A stretch of DNA of 64,000 nucleotides from Duncaniella sp. (GCA_023664955.1 JAMPEV010000001.1:1360188-1424187), one strand, 5' to 3'. Shown: positions 29,282 through 40,871, counted from the stretch's first letter. Program-made: numbers and translations. The notes: a model not told the origin generated them from the letters alone.

Positions 29282-31324
29282 TCAAAGCATTGAAATTGAA
29301 CGCTTGATAAACTCGCTGAGGTCACGACCCTTAAGCAATCCGTTGCCGAGGAGGGCGATGTCGATAACCTGCTTAATCACAGGCTTCTCGGATGCATACT
29401 TGCTGATAATCTCCTCCTGTTCTTTACGTGATTTCTCAACATCGGCCATGAAGGTCTTTTCCTGAGCGGACTGTTCATCGGTAGGTTTATTGTCCTTAAT
29501 TTCAGAACGCAACGCCGTAATCTTCTCGTTTCCATCTTCCACTGCTTTACGAAGCGGTGCGATTTTTTCTTCGAGTGCTTTTTCAGCCTCGTCAAGAATC
29601 TTGACAATAACAGGTTGAGAGGTGTTGACAATCAAGTTATAGTTATCGGGAAGCTCAGCGTAGAAACTCATTCCTGGCTGGGTGGCAGCCATGTCCTTCA
29701 TACGACGCATATACTCATTCTGAGTAATCAGAATCGGGTTAGCGGCAGGATCGAGGGATTCAAACGACACGAGGAAGTCGCTCTTATCCATCTTTGGGAG
29801 TTGGCTGTGGAACAAGGTGGTGAGGATAGAAATCTGATTTGCGTTCAAATCGCTACCCTTCTTGTCGGCCTTCGGAATCAGGTTTTCCACCGAGTCACTG
29901 TCAACTCTCACAAAGCGAGTCTTATCTACCTTGCTTTCAAGCATTGAGATAAAATGGCCGTCAAGCTGGCCATCCATCAGCAACACGTTGTACCCCTTTT
30001 CGTTTGCGGCATGAATGTAATTGTATTGCGCCACAGGGTCAGTGGCATAAATATAAACGATATTTCCATCCTTGTCAGTCTGGCTCGCTTCGACGAGTGA
30101 CTTATACTCTTCAAGGGTGAAATATTTATTTTCTGTGTCCTTCAATAGAGTGAATTTCATAGCTGAATCACAGAATTTCTCATCAGTGAGCATTCCGTAC
30201 TCAATGAAAATCTTTATGTCATCCCATTTTGACTCGAAGTCAGCACGGTTAGCCTTAAATAAATCATCGAGGCGGGATGCGACCTTCTTAGTGATGTAGC
30301 CTGAAATCTTCTTCACAGCAGTATCGCTCTGAAGATATGAACGTGACACGTTCAGAGGGATATCCGGTGAATCAATCACACCTTGAAGGAGCATCATGAA
30401 TTCAGGGACCACACCTTCAACTGAATCAGTAACATATACCTGATTGCAATACAGCTGGATACGATCCTTGCGTATTTCGAGATTACTCTTGATTTTAGGG
30501 AAGAAGAGAATACCGGTGAGGGTGAAAGGAAAATCGACATTAAGATGAATCCAGAACAACGGATCTTCCTGACCGGGATAAAGATCATGATAGAACTTGC
30601 GATAGTCATCGTCAGTCAGTTCGCTTGGTTTCTTTGTCCATGTGGGTTCGGTGTCGTTAACAACTTTGTCCTTGTCGGTGTCGACATATTTACCATCTTT
30701 CCATTCCTGAATCTTACCTGAAACTACGGGTACAGGCAAGAATCGGCAATATTTCTTCAGCAATGAATCGATACGGGATTGCTCAAGGAATTCCTTGTTG
30801 TCATCGTCAATGTAGAGAATAATATCAGTGCCGCGAGATTCCTTGGTGATGGGCTCCATTGAGTACTCAGGGCTTCCGTCACACTCCCATTTAATCGCTT
30901 CCGCACCATCTTTGTAGCTCAGAGAGCGTATTTCAACCTTCTTGGCCACCATGAAAGCAGAGTAGAAACCAAGTCCGAAATGTCCGATGATCGAATTGGC
31001 GGTATCTTTGTATTTATTAAGGAATTCCTCAGCGCCGGAGAAAGCTATCTGATTGATATACTTTTCAATATCCTCCGCTGTCATTCCTATACCATGGTCG
31101 CTGACCGTGAGGGTTCCTGCTTCCTTGTCAACCTTCACCTCCACACGCATTTCGCCGAGTTCGCCCTTATATTCGCCAAACGAGGCAAGTGTCTTTAGCT
31201 TCTGTGTAGCATCAATAGCGTTAGAAACTAATTCACGTAGGAATATTTCATGGTCAGAGTACAAAAACTTTTTGATGACCGGGAAAATATTCTCGGTGGT
31301 AACACCAATCTGTCCTTTTTGCAT
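29282..31324 (-). CDS. htpG: Chaperone HtpG (Hsp90)
   Basis: LYSDHEIFLRELVSNA, IGHFGLGFYSAF and DIPLNVSRS. Confidence 0.97.
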   Translation of the reverse strand: MQKGQIGVTTENIFPVIKKFLYSDHEIFLRELVSNAIDATQKLKTLASFGEYKGELGEMRVEVKVDKEAGTLTVSDHGIGMTAEDIEKYINQIAFSGAEEFLNKYKDTANSIIGHFGLGFYSAFMVAKKVEIRSLSYKDGAEAIKWECDGSPEYSMEPITKESRGTDIILYIDDDNKEFLEQSRIDSLLKKYCRFLPVPVVSGKIQEWKDGKYVDTDKDKVVNDTEPTWTKKPSELTDDDYRKFYHDLYPGQEDPLFWIHLNVDFPFTLTGILFFPKIKSNLEIRKDRIQLYCNQVYVTDSVEGVVPEFMMLLQGVIDSPDIPLNVSRSYLQSDTAVKKISGYITKKVASRLDDLFKANRADFESKWDDIKIFIEYGMLTDEKFCDSAMKFTLLKDTENKYFTLEEYKSLVEASQTDKDGNIVYIYATDPVAQYNYIHAANEKGYNVLLMDGQLDGHFISMLESKVDKTRFVRVDSDSVENLIPKADKKGSDLNANQISILTTLFHSQLPKMDKSDFLVSFESLDPAANPILITQNEYMRRMKDMAATQPGMSFYAELPDNYNLIVNTSQPVIVKILDEAEKALEEKIAPLRKAVEDGNEKITALRSEIKDNKPTDEQSAQEKTFMADVEKSRKEQEEIISKYASEKPVIKQVIDIALLGNGLLKGRDLSEFIKRSISML

Positions 31325-31499
31325 ATTATTTATGTTTTATTGAATTAAATTTAACATTACAGCTGAATACGGCTGCATTTCTTTACTGATAACAACTGAG
31401 CAAAAAAAATGCCAGTCTCGAAAACTGACAAAAATCGTTAATTAATCTGCAAAAATGACATGAAAACAATGAACCGGCTGCTTATTCAACAGACAACTC

Positions 31500-32564
31500 T
31501 TATTGGAGTGAAGTGAAGTCGCGAGGCACTCTTTTGTTATGTTTATTGAATATATTCACCGCATTTTTCACAAACGCATCTCTAAGAGGTCGCATCTCAG
31601 GTGAAATTCTCTCTGACTCTGCCGGAAGACACCGGAAGTTGTCACCTCTACCCTTAGATGGTTCCACAAACACCAGACGATAACTTGCATTGTACACGTA
31701 AGGTCGCTTCAGAATGTCGCGGGCAAGCGTCACTTTCACCAATGCCCCACCACGTGTGTCGGTTGTTCGCATCGCCGATATGAAATTGCCGAGTGAATAT
31801 ACCAAGAAATAATTGTGGCGATTCTTTTCGTTATACGAAAGTTCCATAGGTTGTATCACATGGGGATGAGAACCGATTATCAGTTCAACGCCAAGGTCGG
31901 CAATATACTGAGCCAGCTTCTTTTGGTTGGCATTAGGAAGCAGCTTATACTCATCACCCCAATGGATGCAGACTGCCACTATTTCAGCGCCTTTCGCCCT
32001 TGCTTTGCTGACATCAGCTGCTATCAGGACGCGGTCGATGTAGTCAATTACTATGTCAGTGGTTTTCTTTATACCGTTTGTTCCGTATGTATAATTCAGA
32101 AAAGCGACTTTAAACCCATTGACATCATGAATCATCGGCAATATCGAATCACGATGAGCTTGATTAAGGTAGGCACCCAAATACGGTACTCCCTTATGTT
32201 CAAAAGTAGAAATAGTGCGTCGCACTCCCCTATCTCTACGGTCAAGGATATGATTATTAGCGGTTAACAACAGGTCAAATCCTGAATTGGTGAGTGCGTC
32301 CACATAATTATCATGGGCACAAAACATTGGATAGCCTGAATACGGCGCACCGCCCAATGGTGTTTCAAGATTGACCACAGCAAAATCAGCCGCTGAAATA
32401 TAGGGCGTCAATTCCTTAAAATAGTCATCGTAATTCAAGGAGCCATCTGCTTGACGGGCAGCATCAATCTGGCGTTGATGTTGCATAGCATCTCCGGCAA
32501 ACACTATAGTAGCAGTGTCAGTCGGTATCAACCAAGAAAGGACTGCAAGCAGAATATTGAACAT
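31500..32564 (-). CDS. CapA (PGA_cap) family metallophosphoesterase-fold protein
   Basis: AGD, NLE, ANNH..D, HWGDEY, GSHPHVIQP and YSLGNF motifs. Confidence 0.9.
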   Translation of the reverse strand: MFNILLAVLSWLIPTDTATIVFAGDAMQHQRQIDAARQADGSLNYDDYFKELTPYISAADFAVVNLETPLGGAPYSGYPMFCAHDNYVDALTNSGFDLLLTANNHILDRRDRGVRRTISTFEHKGVPYLGAYLNQAHRDSILPMIHDVNGFKVAFLNYTYGTNGIKKTTDIVIDYIDRVLIAADVSKARAKGAEIVAVCIHWGDEYKLLPNANQKKLAQYIADLGVELIIGSHPHVIQPMELSYNEKNRHNYFLVYSLGNFISAMRTTDTRGGALVKVTLARDILKRPYVYNASYRLVFVEPSKGRGDNFRCLPAESERISPEMRPLRDAFVKNAVNIFNKHNKRVPRDFTSLQ

Positions 32565-32651
32565 ATAGTGCCGATCTATTAGAAAGTCCTCATTACACCT
32601 TCCGCATCGCTGGTTATGCGTAAGAATGAACTGAGGACCAATATAATTGCA

Positions 32652-33533
32652 TTAAGAATAAATCTCCTTCTTTGCAGCAAGAAGTGTGTTGCGCATAAGC
32701 GAGCATATAGTCATAGGACCTACCCCACCGGGCACAGGAGTGATATACGAACATTTCTCGGCAACATTCTCAAAATCGACATCTCCACGCAGTCGGAAAC
32801 CACTCCTACGAGTCGCATCAGGCACACGCGTGGTTCCAACGTCGATTATCACCGCTCCAGGTTTAACCATATCCGCCGTCACAAAACCGGGTTGGCCAAG
32901 CGCGGCTATTATAATGTCGGCTTCAGCACATTTTTCAGGAATATTTTTCGATGCACTGTGAAGCACTGTCACGGTAGCATTTCCCGGATTCGCTTTCTGC
33001 ATCATCAGCATTGCTACAGGCTTACCCACGATATTGCTTCTGCCAAGCACCACGCAGTTAGCCCCTTTGGTAGGTATCTCATAGCGGCGAAGAAGTTCGA
33101 TGATACCGGACGGAGTAGCTGACAGGAAGCATGGCAACCCTATAGACATTCTACCGACATTAATCGGATGGAAGCCATCGACATCCTTACGATAATCAAT
33201 GGCTTCGATTATCTTTTGCTCCGAAATATGCTTAGGCAAAGGAAGTTGAACGATGAATCCGTCCACCTCATCATCATTGTTGAGTTTATCAATAGTTGCA
33301 AGAAGACTCTCCTCAGTCACATCATCCTCATAACGAATCAAAGAGGAGCGGAAGCCACACATCTCACAGGCCTTAACCTTATTGGCAACGTAGGTTTCGC
33401 TACCTCCATCATGTCCCACAAGGATAGCTACAAGATGTGGCCGGCGTTTTCCTTGTGCCACCATCTCCTCTACTTCGGCAGCAATCTCGTGCTTAATATC
33501 ATCGGCTATTTTTTTCCCGTCAATTAGTGTCAT
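32652..33533 (-). CDS. folD: Methylene-THF dehydrogenase/cyclohydrolase
   Basis: [23 protein letters not shown] and [10 protein letters not shown]. Confidence 0.97.
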   Translation of the reverse strand: MTLIDGKKIADDIKHEIAAEVEEMVAQGKRRPHLVAILVGHDGGSETYVANKVKACEMCGFRSSLIRYEDDVTEESLLATIDKLNNDDEVDGFIVQLPLPKHISEQKIIEAIDYRKDVDGFHPINVGRMSIGLPCFLSATPSGIIELLRRYEIPTKGANCVVLGRSNIVGKPVAMLMMQKANPGNATVTVLHSASKNIPEKCAEADIIIAALGQPGFVTADMVKPGAVIIDVGTTRVPDATRRSGFRLRGDVDFENVAEKCSYITPVPGGVGPMTICSLMRNTLLAAKKEIYS

Positions 33534-33561
33534 ATTTGTATGCTAAAGTGTGTACCTGATT

Positions 33562-34896
33562 TTATCGTCTCATTCCCTTCATGCCTCTCATCATGGCCAT
33601 GGGATTTTTAATTCCTGATACAGCCTTCATCATCTTGCGGGCATCGTCAAACTGCTTAATCAGACGGTTGACTTCCTGAATGTCAGTACCAGAACCCTTT
33701 GCTATACGTTTACGGCGGCTTCCATTAATAATTTCGGGATGCTGACGCTCCTGCTCAGTCATCGAGCGGATAATTGCTTCGATTCCCTTAAACGCATTAT
33801 CATCAATGTCAATATCTTTTATGGCCTTTCCCACCCCCGGTATCATTGATGCAAGATCCTTGAGGTTACCCATCTTTTGGATTTGCTGAATCTGCTGCAA
33901 GAAGTCATTGAAATTAAACTGATTCTTCGCAATCTTACGCTGGAGTTCGCGCGCCTGCTTCTCATCGTAGGCGTTCTGTGCCTTTTCAACAAGTGAAACG
34001 ATATCACCCATGCCGAGAATACGGTCAGCCATACGTGAGGGGTGGAACTGGTCAAGAGCGTCGAGTTTCTCACCGGTACCGACAAATTTAATCGGCTTAG
34101 TGACAACAGTGCGGATTGAAAGTGCGGCACCACCACGGGTATCACCATCAAGCTTAGTTAGGACGACACCGTCGAAATCAAGGCGGTCATTGAATTCCTT
34201 AGCGGTGTTTACTGCATCCTGACCGGTCATAGAATCGACCACAAAGAGGGTCTCCTGCGGCTTGACAGCCCTCTTGATAGCGGCTATTTCCTGCATCATC
34301 TGCTCATCGACTGCAAGACGGCCGGCAGTATCTATTATCACCAAGTCAAGATGGTTAGTCTTTGCATATTTAATTGCATTTTCAGCTATCTCTACAGGAT
34401 TCTTATTACCATCCTCGGTATAAACCGGGACATCAATCTGGGATGCAAGGACCTTCAATTGATCGATGGCGGCAGGGCGGTATACGTCACATGCCACGAG
34501 TAGCGGACGCTTACCCTGCTCTGACTTGAGTTTCTTAGCGAGTTTACCGGAGAATGTAGTCTTACCTGAACCCTGCAATCCTGACATAAGTATAACCGTA
34601 GGATTCCCTGAAAGATTCACCTTGGCAGTTTCGCCACCCATAAGACGCGCAAGTTCATCATGCACGATTTTCACCATCAATTCACCCGGCTTTATGGCAT
34701 TAATCACATTCTGACCGAGTGCCTTAGCTTTTACCTCGTCAGTGAATTGCTTAGCAACCTTGAAGTTAACGTCCGCTTCAAGCAATGCTCGACGCACATC
34801 TTTAAGGGTTTCTGCTACATTTATCTCGGTGATTTTACCTTCACCTTTCAGTATTTTAAAACTTCTTTCAAGTCTTTCGCTTAGATTCTCAAACAT
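33562..34896 (-). CDS. ffh: Signal recognition particle protein
   Basis: GLQGSGKTT, DTAGR, TKLDGDTRGGAALS and a Met-rich M domain. Confidence 0.97.
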   Translation of the reverse strand: MFENLSERLERSFKILKGEGKITEINVAETLKDVRRALLEADVNFKVAKQFTDEVKAKALGQNVINAIKPGELMVKIVHDELARLMGGETAKVNLSGNPTVILMSGLQGSGKTTFSGKLAKKLKSEQGKRPLLVACDVYRPAAIDQLKVLASQIDVPVYTEDGNKNPVEIAENAIKYAKTNHLDLVIIDTAGRLAVDEQMMQEIAAIKRAVKPQETLFVVDSMTGQDAVNTAKEFNDRLDFDGVVLTKLDGDTRGGAALSIRTVVTKPIKFVGTGEKLDALDQFHPSRMADRILGMGDIVSLVEKAQNAYDEKQARELQRKIAKNQFNFNDFLQQIQQIQKMGNLKDLASMIPGVGKAIKDIDIDDNAFKGIEAIIRSMTEQERQHPEIINGSRRKRIAKGSGTDIQEVNRLIKQFDDARKMMKAVSGIKNPMAMMRGMKGMRR

Positions 34897-34975
34897 CAGT
34901 TATGTTATATGTATAATCGGTGGTGATATATTAATTAATGTGGTAAGCTGAATGATTAAAGTCGGAATCCCAATA

Positions 34976-35329
34976 TCACTTAATCAGCTTATTTGTTTTC
35001 GTATCGGGAAAAAGCACAATCGGCTTATGATTACGGGCTTCTTCGGGTGTCATAGAGGCATAACACATCAGGATCACAATGTCGCCCACCTGCACTTTAC
35101 GTGCGGCAGCGCCATTCAGGCATATCACGCCCGAACCTCTTTCGCCGGGTATGGTGTACGTGTCGAATCGTTCTCCGTTATTATTATCAACGATATAGAT
35201 GCGTTCACCGGGAAATATTCCTGCCGCATCCATCAAATCCTGATCGATTGTGATACTGCCAATGTAATCAAGGCGTGCCTCTGTCACTGTGACACGATGA
35301 ATCTTGCACTTTAAAAGTTCGAGCATCAT
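34976..35329 (-). CDS. panD: Aspartate 1-decarboxylase
   Basis: KIHR, YIG|SITID and LNGAAAR. Confidence 0.97.
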   Translation of the reverse strand: MMLELLKCKIHRVTVTEARLDYIGSITIDQDLMDAAGIFPGERIYIVDNNNGERFDTYTIPGERGSGVICLNGAAARKVQVGDIVILMCYASMTPEEARNHKPIVLFPDTKTNKLIK

Positions 35330-36174
35330 TTCTTTGAAGTGTATTTGATATTGTCAATCAGACGAACTTCACCGCAGAACACAGTCACACAACCCACTGG
35401 CCGGTCGGTATCGCCCCATTCTGCTATAGGCTGCATGGTGAACGCGTCAACTATTTCATAATATTCCACCCGAAGGTGAGGCATTGAGTTCAACTCGTCA
35501 ACGACGTAACGTTTTGTCTGCCCCACCGTGTGGTCTTTAGCCCAATCAACGCTGCTCTCGAGCGTCTTGTGGATTACAGGGGCGATCTCACGTTGTTCGG
35601 GTGTGAGACGCACGTTGCGTGAACTCATCGCCAATCCGTCGGCTTCACGCTTTATCGGACAGTCTACAATCTCCAGATCAAAACCTTCGAGTTCCACCAT
35701 ACGGCGTATCACTGCTATCTGCTGGAAATCTTTCTCTCCAAAGTATGCGCGCGTGGGGTGTGTATAGTCGAAAAGCTTGCTGACAATCTGTGCTACTCCA
35801 TTGAAGTGTCCGGGACGCATTGCACCCTCCATAACCTCAGCCACGGGTCCGAGGTCAAACACCCTGGTATCGGGTTCCGGATAAATTTCCTCAACTGTGG
35901 GTATAAAAGCATAATCAACGCCGGCCTTCTCAAGCATCGCCACGTCTGCCTTCTCAGTACGGGGATAAGTAACGAGATCTGTCGGATTATTGAACTGTGT
36001 GGGATTAACGAACACGCTGACTACCACCGTGTCATTCTCCTTCCTGGCACGTTGTATCAGTGATAAATGTCCTTCATGCAGCGCTCCCATTGTGGGAACG
36101 AGTCCTATTGAGCCCTTCTGGCGGGCTTCATTTAATTTGGTTCTTAATTCTGCTACAGTGCGAATTATTTCCAT
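35326..36174 (-). CDS. panC: Pantoate--beta-alanine ligase
   Basis: [41 protein letters not shown] and RLIDN. Confidence 0.97.
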   Translation of the reverse strand: MEIIRTVAELRTKLNEARQKGSIGLVPTMGALHEGHLSLIQRARKENDTVVVSVFVNPTQFNNPTDLVTYPRTEKADVAMLEKAGVDYAFIPTVEEIYPEPDTRVFDLGPVAEVMEGAMRPGHFNGVAQIVSKLFDYTHPTRAYFGEKDFQQIAVIRRMVELEGFDLEIVDCPIKREADGLAMSSRNVRLTPEQREIAPVIHKTLESSVDWAKDHTVGQTKRYVVDELNSMPHLRVEYYEIVDAFTMQPIAEWGDTDRPVGCVTVFCGEVRLIDNIKYTSKK

Positions 36175-36349
36175 AATGTTATAACATCTGAAATTTCAGT
36201 CCGCAAAGATACGCATTATTCTTAACAACCCAAAATATTTTTCACTTCACACTGCTTCACACTATTTTTACAAAAATGGTCCATGCATATTCCTACACAT
36301 GGGCCATTATTAAAAATTTATGACAAAATATCAGTTACAACACTGATTA

Positions 36350-37867
36350 TTAATCACTATAAACCTCGTCACGCGGGAACATTTTCGACGCATTAGCAGT
36401 GCGGAGTATCATCAAAGCCAATGCTGTGGCAGCCTGCTGCTGGTAATAGGGAATCACACGATTATATGTGTCACGGTCAGTGTGCCATATCTCCCGATAA
36501 TCGAAGTTATATCCCAATGGATCTGTCCATTCATTCATCTGAATTGCAGGGATTCCGAGCACCATAAACGTGGTGGCATCGTTACCGCCCGGTTGTTTCA
36601 ACTTCGGACGCGGAGTGGCAGCATCAAGTGTGAATGGGATGTCGGGATACAATTCGTTCATCATCTTAGCAACCGGCTCAAACTCTTTAACCATTGACTT
36701 CGGTGCGCTGAATGCAGTGTAAGGTAGAGGCCCTCCGTCACGGTTAAACATATTTGAGATCTTATCAAGCTTGTCGGGATGAGCTTTAGTCCATCCATCC
36801 GAGCCCCAGAGTCCGAATTCTTCACCGGCAAAGATAATAAACATAATCGTACGGTCGGGCTTAGCCCCTGATTTTGCAATCATGCGGGCAGCCTCGAGGA
36901 GAGTCGACACGCCATTACCATCGTCGGTAGAACCGGTCCCTGAATCGTAGGCATCAAGATGGGCTCCCATTATCACAAGTTCATCGGGATATTTCTTCCC
37001 TTTCATTGTTGCTATGATTGAATGAAAAGGCACCGGTCCCATGCGGAAATGGTTGCGAATGTCAAATTCAAGATCTACGTGGCGACGCTCGCTCACCATC
37101 TTGCGCAAGCGCTCATACTGTGCCTTGTCAAGCTTGATGTCAGGCACTGCGGGAAGATTATAGAAATCGAGCTTGCCTTTCACCACATCCCTGTCGTAAA
37201 GAGCCACGAGTGGCTGAGGGGCTGCTTGTATGAAACCTAACGCTCCGGCGGCAATCATCTCGTCGTAGAAAAGCGCGGGGGTAGTCATATCAGGCTTGAG
37301 GCTATCGGGAAGATTGCTCATATCACCCCTTTTCATAGTGCTGTCATTATGCGCTATTATAGCTTTACGCTTCGCCGCCACACTGTCGTGATGTTGCAAA
37401 GCCCAGCCACGGCTATCTCCATCAACGAGAACCCATGCTCCCTTTATAGTCCCCTTCATTTTGTTAAATTCACGAGTAGTGCGAGGCTCAATCACAACGT
37501 GCCCTCTCTGCTGTCCAACCGTACCTACGGTGAAAGAGGGAGTGACAAAGTCAAGCACCTCCCCATTCTCGGCATACATTTTGCCCCACCAGTGGTCACG
37601 GTTAAATCCGACTCCCATCTGGCCAACTTCCTCGAATTCCACTTGATATCCCCATGATTTCAACAATGAGGCAGCCCAATCACGGGCATTATCATAGGCA
37701 TTGGAACCCACCATACGTCCCCCAAAACGATTGGCAAGGATGTCGAGATGCTCCATCACTTGGTTATCATTCTTTGCCATCTCGGCAATACGCTTTTCAG
37801 CTTGGCTCTGTGACATGATTGTTTGCATACAGAGAATCATAGCCACTACCAATAATATTTTTTTCAT
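36350..37867 (-). CDS. Secreted M28-family metallopeptidase
   Basis: Signal peptide from MKKILL (ATG 37867), GAHLD, TDDGNG, GEEFGLWGS and WHT..D. Confidence 0.9.
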   Translation of the reverse strand: MKKILLVVAMILCMQTIMSQSQAEKRIAEMAKNDNQVMEHLDILANRFGGRMVGSNAYDNARDWAASLLKSWGYQVEFEEVGQMGVGFNRDHWWGKMYAENGEVLDFVTPSFTVGTVGQQRGHVVIEPRTTREFNKMKGTIKGAWVLVDGDSRGWALQHHDSVAAKRKAIIAHNDSTMKRGDMSNLPDSLKPDMTTPALFYDEMIAAGALGFIQAAPQPLVALYDRDVVKGKLDFYNLPAVPDIKLDKAQYERLRKMVSERRHVDLEFDIRNHFRMGPVPFHSIIATMKGKKYPDELVIMGAHLDAYDSGTGSTDDGNGVSTLLEAARMIAKSGAKPDRTIMFIIFAGEEFGLWGSDGWTKAHPDKLDKISNMFNRDGGPLPYTAFSAPKSMVKEFEPVAKMMNELYPDIPFTLDAATPRPKLKQPGGNDATTFMVLGIPAIQMNEWTDPLGYNFDYREIWHTDRDTYNRVIPYYQQQAATALALMILRTANASKMFPRDEVYSD

Positions 37868-38021
37868 CTTGTGATTATTAAGAAAATATCTAATAATAAA
37901 TTGATTTATCACCACAAATTTAGGCATTAATCCCCACTGTCACAAATCTTTTTCTGTTTTTATTTGGAAATACAGATTATTAACAATAAATTTGCCTTAT
38001 AAATTCTATAAGACAACACCC

Positions 38022-40871
38022 ATGAAAATTTTAATGCAAAAATTGGCATGTATCGTTAGCATCCTCTCCGCTTTTATTTGCAATGCCCAAGAAAATTTCC
38101 ACTTAGTGACCGATGAACGTCAGCTCGATGCCATAAGCTCTTATCTGATTGTGGCTAATGATTATGACCGTGCAGCAAGCGAGTCTATTACTGAAAAATC
38201 GAAGACATATCTCTCCAGTGCCAACATTACCAAAAATCCCGACAACTCCCTCACAGTCGAATCTAATTCCAAAGCCCACATATATGAACTTCGCGACATT
38301 GATTTCACTACAGGAGGCGCGACAGTTTGGTGTATAAACGACTGTATTAATGGGGGTTATTACCGCCTAGTCACATTCAACGGCAATTTAGGCATATCTG
38401 ACAACATCACAAATGGCACCCAAGAGCTCACTATCAAAATTAAAAATAACGGAGTGGCAGATATACGATTTGATGTGTCATCAAATAAATCTATGAGGTA
38501 CGACAGTAGTCTTAACGGCTTCGTTTGCAGAAAGCAGGGTGATGGTTCAGATATAAGCCTCTATCGCAGTGACAGATTTGACTTCAAAATGGACCGCACG
38601 GTAAGTACGGGCAACAAAACAGTCATCACAAGTGACTGGAAACGAGTGGCAGGTTATGAAGATGCCATTACAATTTATTATCTTTACAATAATGGCGCGA
38701 CCCCTTCTTTCGACCTTCTCTTATCAAGCCAAGCCATCACGCCAAGTTCGCACACTTCGTTTGAGATTCCGCGAACCGGTAGTGCTAACACATTATGGCT
38801 CATTGCCGTAGTAAAACCAAAGAAGGAGAATCAGCGAATTCTTTACAGTGATATTTTTAAAGCTGAATTAGAACACAGGACACCTCAACAGACAAATGCA
38901 TCCCACTTCTCCCTTCCACCCACCTCAGGATATAAACTAAATGAGCAGGTGATAATACGGCACGATTCCGATGTGAAAATTTATTACACCTTAGATGGTT
39001 CTACACCTCAGATACCCGCCAGCGGTAACTCAACCATTCCCCCCACCTACGATATCGAATTAACGCCCATAATATATACAGGAGATCCACTATCCATCAA
39101 GCTAATAGCAGTTAAGACGGGCTACGAGCCATCGTCTGTAGTAACATTATCAATTACCGGAGAATCAAAACCGGCAAATTCCGGTAATGATCCGACTACA
39201 GGTAACGACCCTAATCCGGGAACCAATCCTGATCCGGGGACTGACCCTATCGCAAAAACAAAGACACTTCTTGACGAGCATTTTAAGAAGCCCGCCGACA
39301 AATCCTACACCATCGACGAAGAAATCATCTTCCTCCGTGATAAGGATGTGAAAATATATTACACCCTTGATGGTTCAGAACCATCTCTTCCCGACATAGT
39401 CCAAATGGTGCCTATGGGTGTTCACACTTACGACCTCGACAAGTCACCTTTGTATTATAAAGGTAAAACACTAAAAATAAATTTCATCGCTATTAAAGAG
39501 GGATACCTGCAATCCGATATGTTATCTGTAAACATCGAAGGTGAGCAACTTAAAACTCAAGAAAATGTGCATTTCAACGTTCCGGCTGACCGTCAATATA
39601 AAATCAACGAAACAGTCGTTTTCACCAAAAACAGCGATGTGAAAATTTATTATACCCTGGATGGCTCCTCTCCCATAATACCTGATAAGTACTCCCCTAC
39701 CGTCCTTGCCACTAACACTTTTGACCTTGACATCACTCCCGTGATATATCGAGGAAATATCATAAATCTAAAATTCGTAGCACTCAAATCGGGCTATGCT
39801 CCCTCCGACATCTACTCAATAACCATCCGTGGTGAACTCAAGCCTACCGAACTCAACGTACATTTTTGGATGCCCGTTAACAAATATTACGCAATAGATG
39901 AGATTGTTATTTTCAACCGAGACAAAGATGTGAAAATCTATTACACCACAGATGGTACCACACCGGCAGTATTGGATAATACAAGCAGCGCCTCGTCCTG
40001 TCACGATCTGGATCTGACACCCTTAGTATATAAAGGGACACCTATAACCGTCAAGTTCATCGCGCAGAAAGCCGGGTATCGTGCATCGAATGTTGTTACG
40101 GCAGTAGTCACAGGAGCCTCCTTACAAAAAACGGAGATCAATACCCACTTTTATATACATAAGGAAAAAGGCTATAAATACAAGGAAACTGTGAAATTCG
40201 AGCGTCTTGGTAAGGTAAAAATCTACTATACTGTTGACGGTTCCGACCCGGTGATTCCAAACGATGGAGTGACCACGCCGCCGACATTCGATTTTGATGT
40301 CACACCTCTTGTTTATATGGGAATATCTATCAGTGTGAAACTCATCGCCATAAAAGATGGACTGCAACCCTCCGACATAATTTCCCTGACATTGACCGGA
40401 GAAGGCGTGCAGCGCACCACCATAAATGAGCATTTCAAACGGCCGGTTGAGAAGGTATACCAGCTCCATGAGAGCGTCATATTCCTTCGTGACAATGACG
40501 TGAAGATATATTATACTCTCGACAATCAAAATCCAACCATCCCGGACCAGCATTCGCGAAGCGGACTCAGCATGGATTCCGAACACTTTGGTAAAACCTA
40601 CGACCTTGATCAGAGACCTATTTATTTTGAGGGAGAGTCATTGACGATTAAATTTGTAGCAGTGAAACAGGACTATCTCCCTTCCGAAGTAATATACTAC
40701 TATATCGGAGACGATGCCTCTTCCATTGATTCCATCAATCCTGACAGAACTGATGTTGAATCATCTTCCACTTACTACAATCTCAATGGACAGCAAGTCA
40801 CACCACCCCTTTCCCCTGGTGTCTATATATTAAAACTTCCTAATTCCGCTACTAAAATCCTAATCCCATAA
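38022..40871 (+). CDS. Secreted protein with six chitobiase/Fn3-associated (CHB_HEX_C-like) repeats and a T9SS-type C-terminal signal
   Basis: Signal peptide, six ~100-aa modules each containing KIYYT.D...P, an NDP/NPG linker, and C-terminus YYNLNGQQV...PGVYIL...KILI. Confidence 0.8.
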   Translation: MKILMQKLACIVSILSAFICNAQENFHLVTDERQLDAISSYLIVANDYDRAASESITEKSKTYLSSANITKNPDNSLTVESNSKAHIYELRDIDFTTGGATVWCINDCINGGYYRLVTFNGNLGISDNITNGTQELTIKIKNNGVADIRFDVSSNKSMRYDSSLNGFVCRKQGDGSDISLYRSDRFDFKMDRTVSTGNKTVITSDWKRVAGYEDAITIYYLYNNGATPSFDLLLSSQAITPSSHTSFEIPRTGSANTLWLIAVVKPKKENQRILYSDIFKAELEHRTPQQTNASHFSLPPTSGYKLNEQVIIRHDSDVKIYYTLDGSTPQIPASGNSTIPPTYDIELTPIIYTGDPLSIKLIAVKTGYEPSSVVTLSITGESKPANSGNDPTTGNDPNPGTNPDPGTDPIAKTKTLLDEHFKKPADKSYTIDEEIIFLRDKDVKIYYTLDGSEPSLPDIVQMVPMGVHTYDLDKSPLYYKGKTLKINFIAIKEGYLQSDMLSVNIEGEQLKTQENVHFNVPADRQYKINETVVFTKNSDVKIYYTLDGSSPIIPDKYSPTVLATNTFDLDITPVIYRGNIINLKFVALKSGYAPSDIYSITIRGELKPTELNVHFWMPVNKYYAIDEIVIFNRDKDVKIYYTTDGTTPAVLDNTSSASSCHDLDLTPLVYKGTPITVKFIAQKAGYRASNVVTAVVTGASLQKTEINTHFYIHKEKGYKYKETVKFERLGKVKIYYTVDGSDPVIPNDGVTTPPTFDFDVTPLVYMGISISVKLIAIKDGLQPSDIISLTLTGEGVQRTTINEHFKRPVEKVYQLHESVIFLRDNDVKIYYTLDNQNPTIPDQHSRSGLSMDSEHFGKTYDLDQRPIYFEGESLTIKFVAVKQDYLPSEVIYYYIGDDASSIDSINPDRTDVESSSTYYNLNGQQVTPPLSPGVYILKLPNSATKILIP

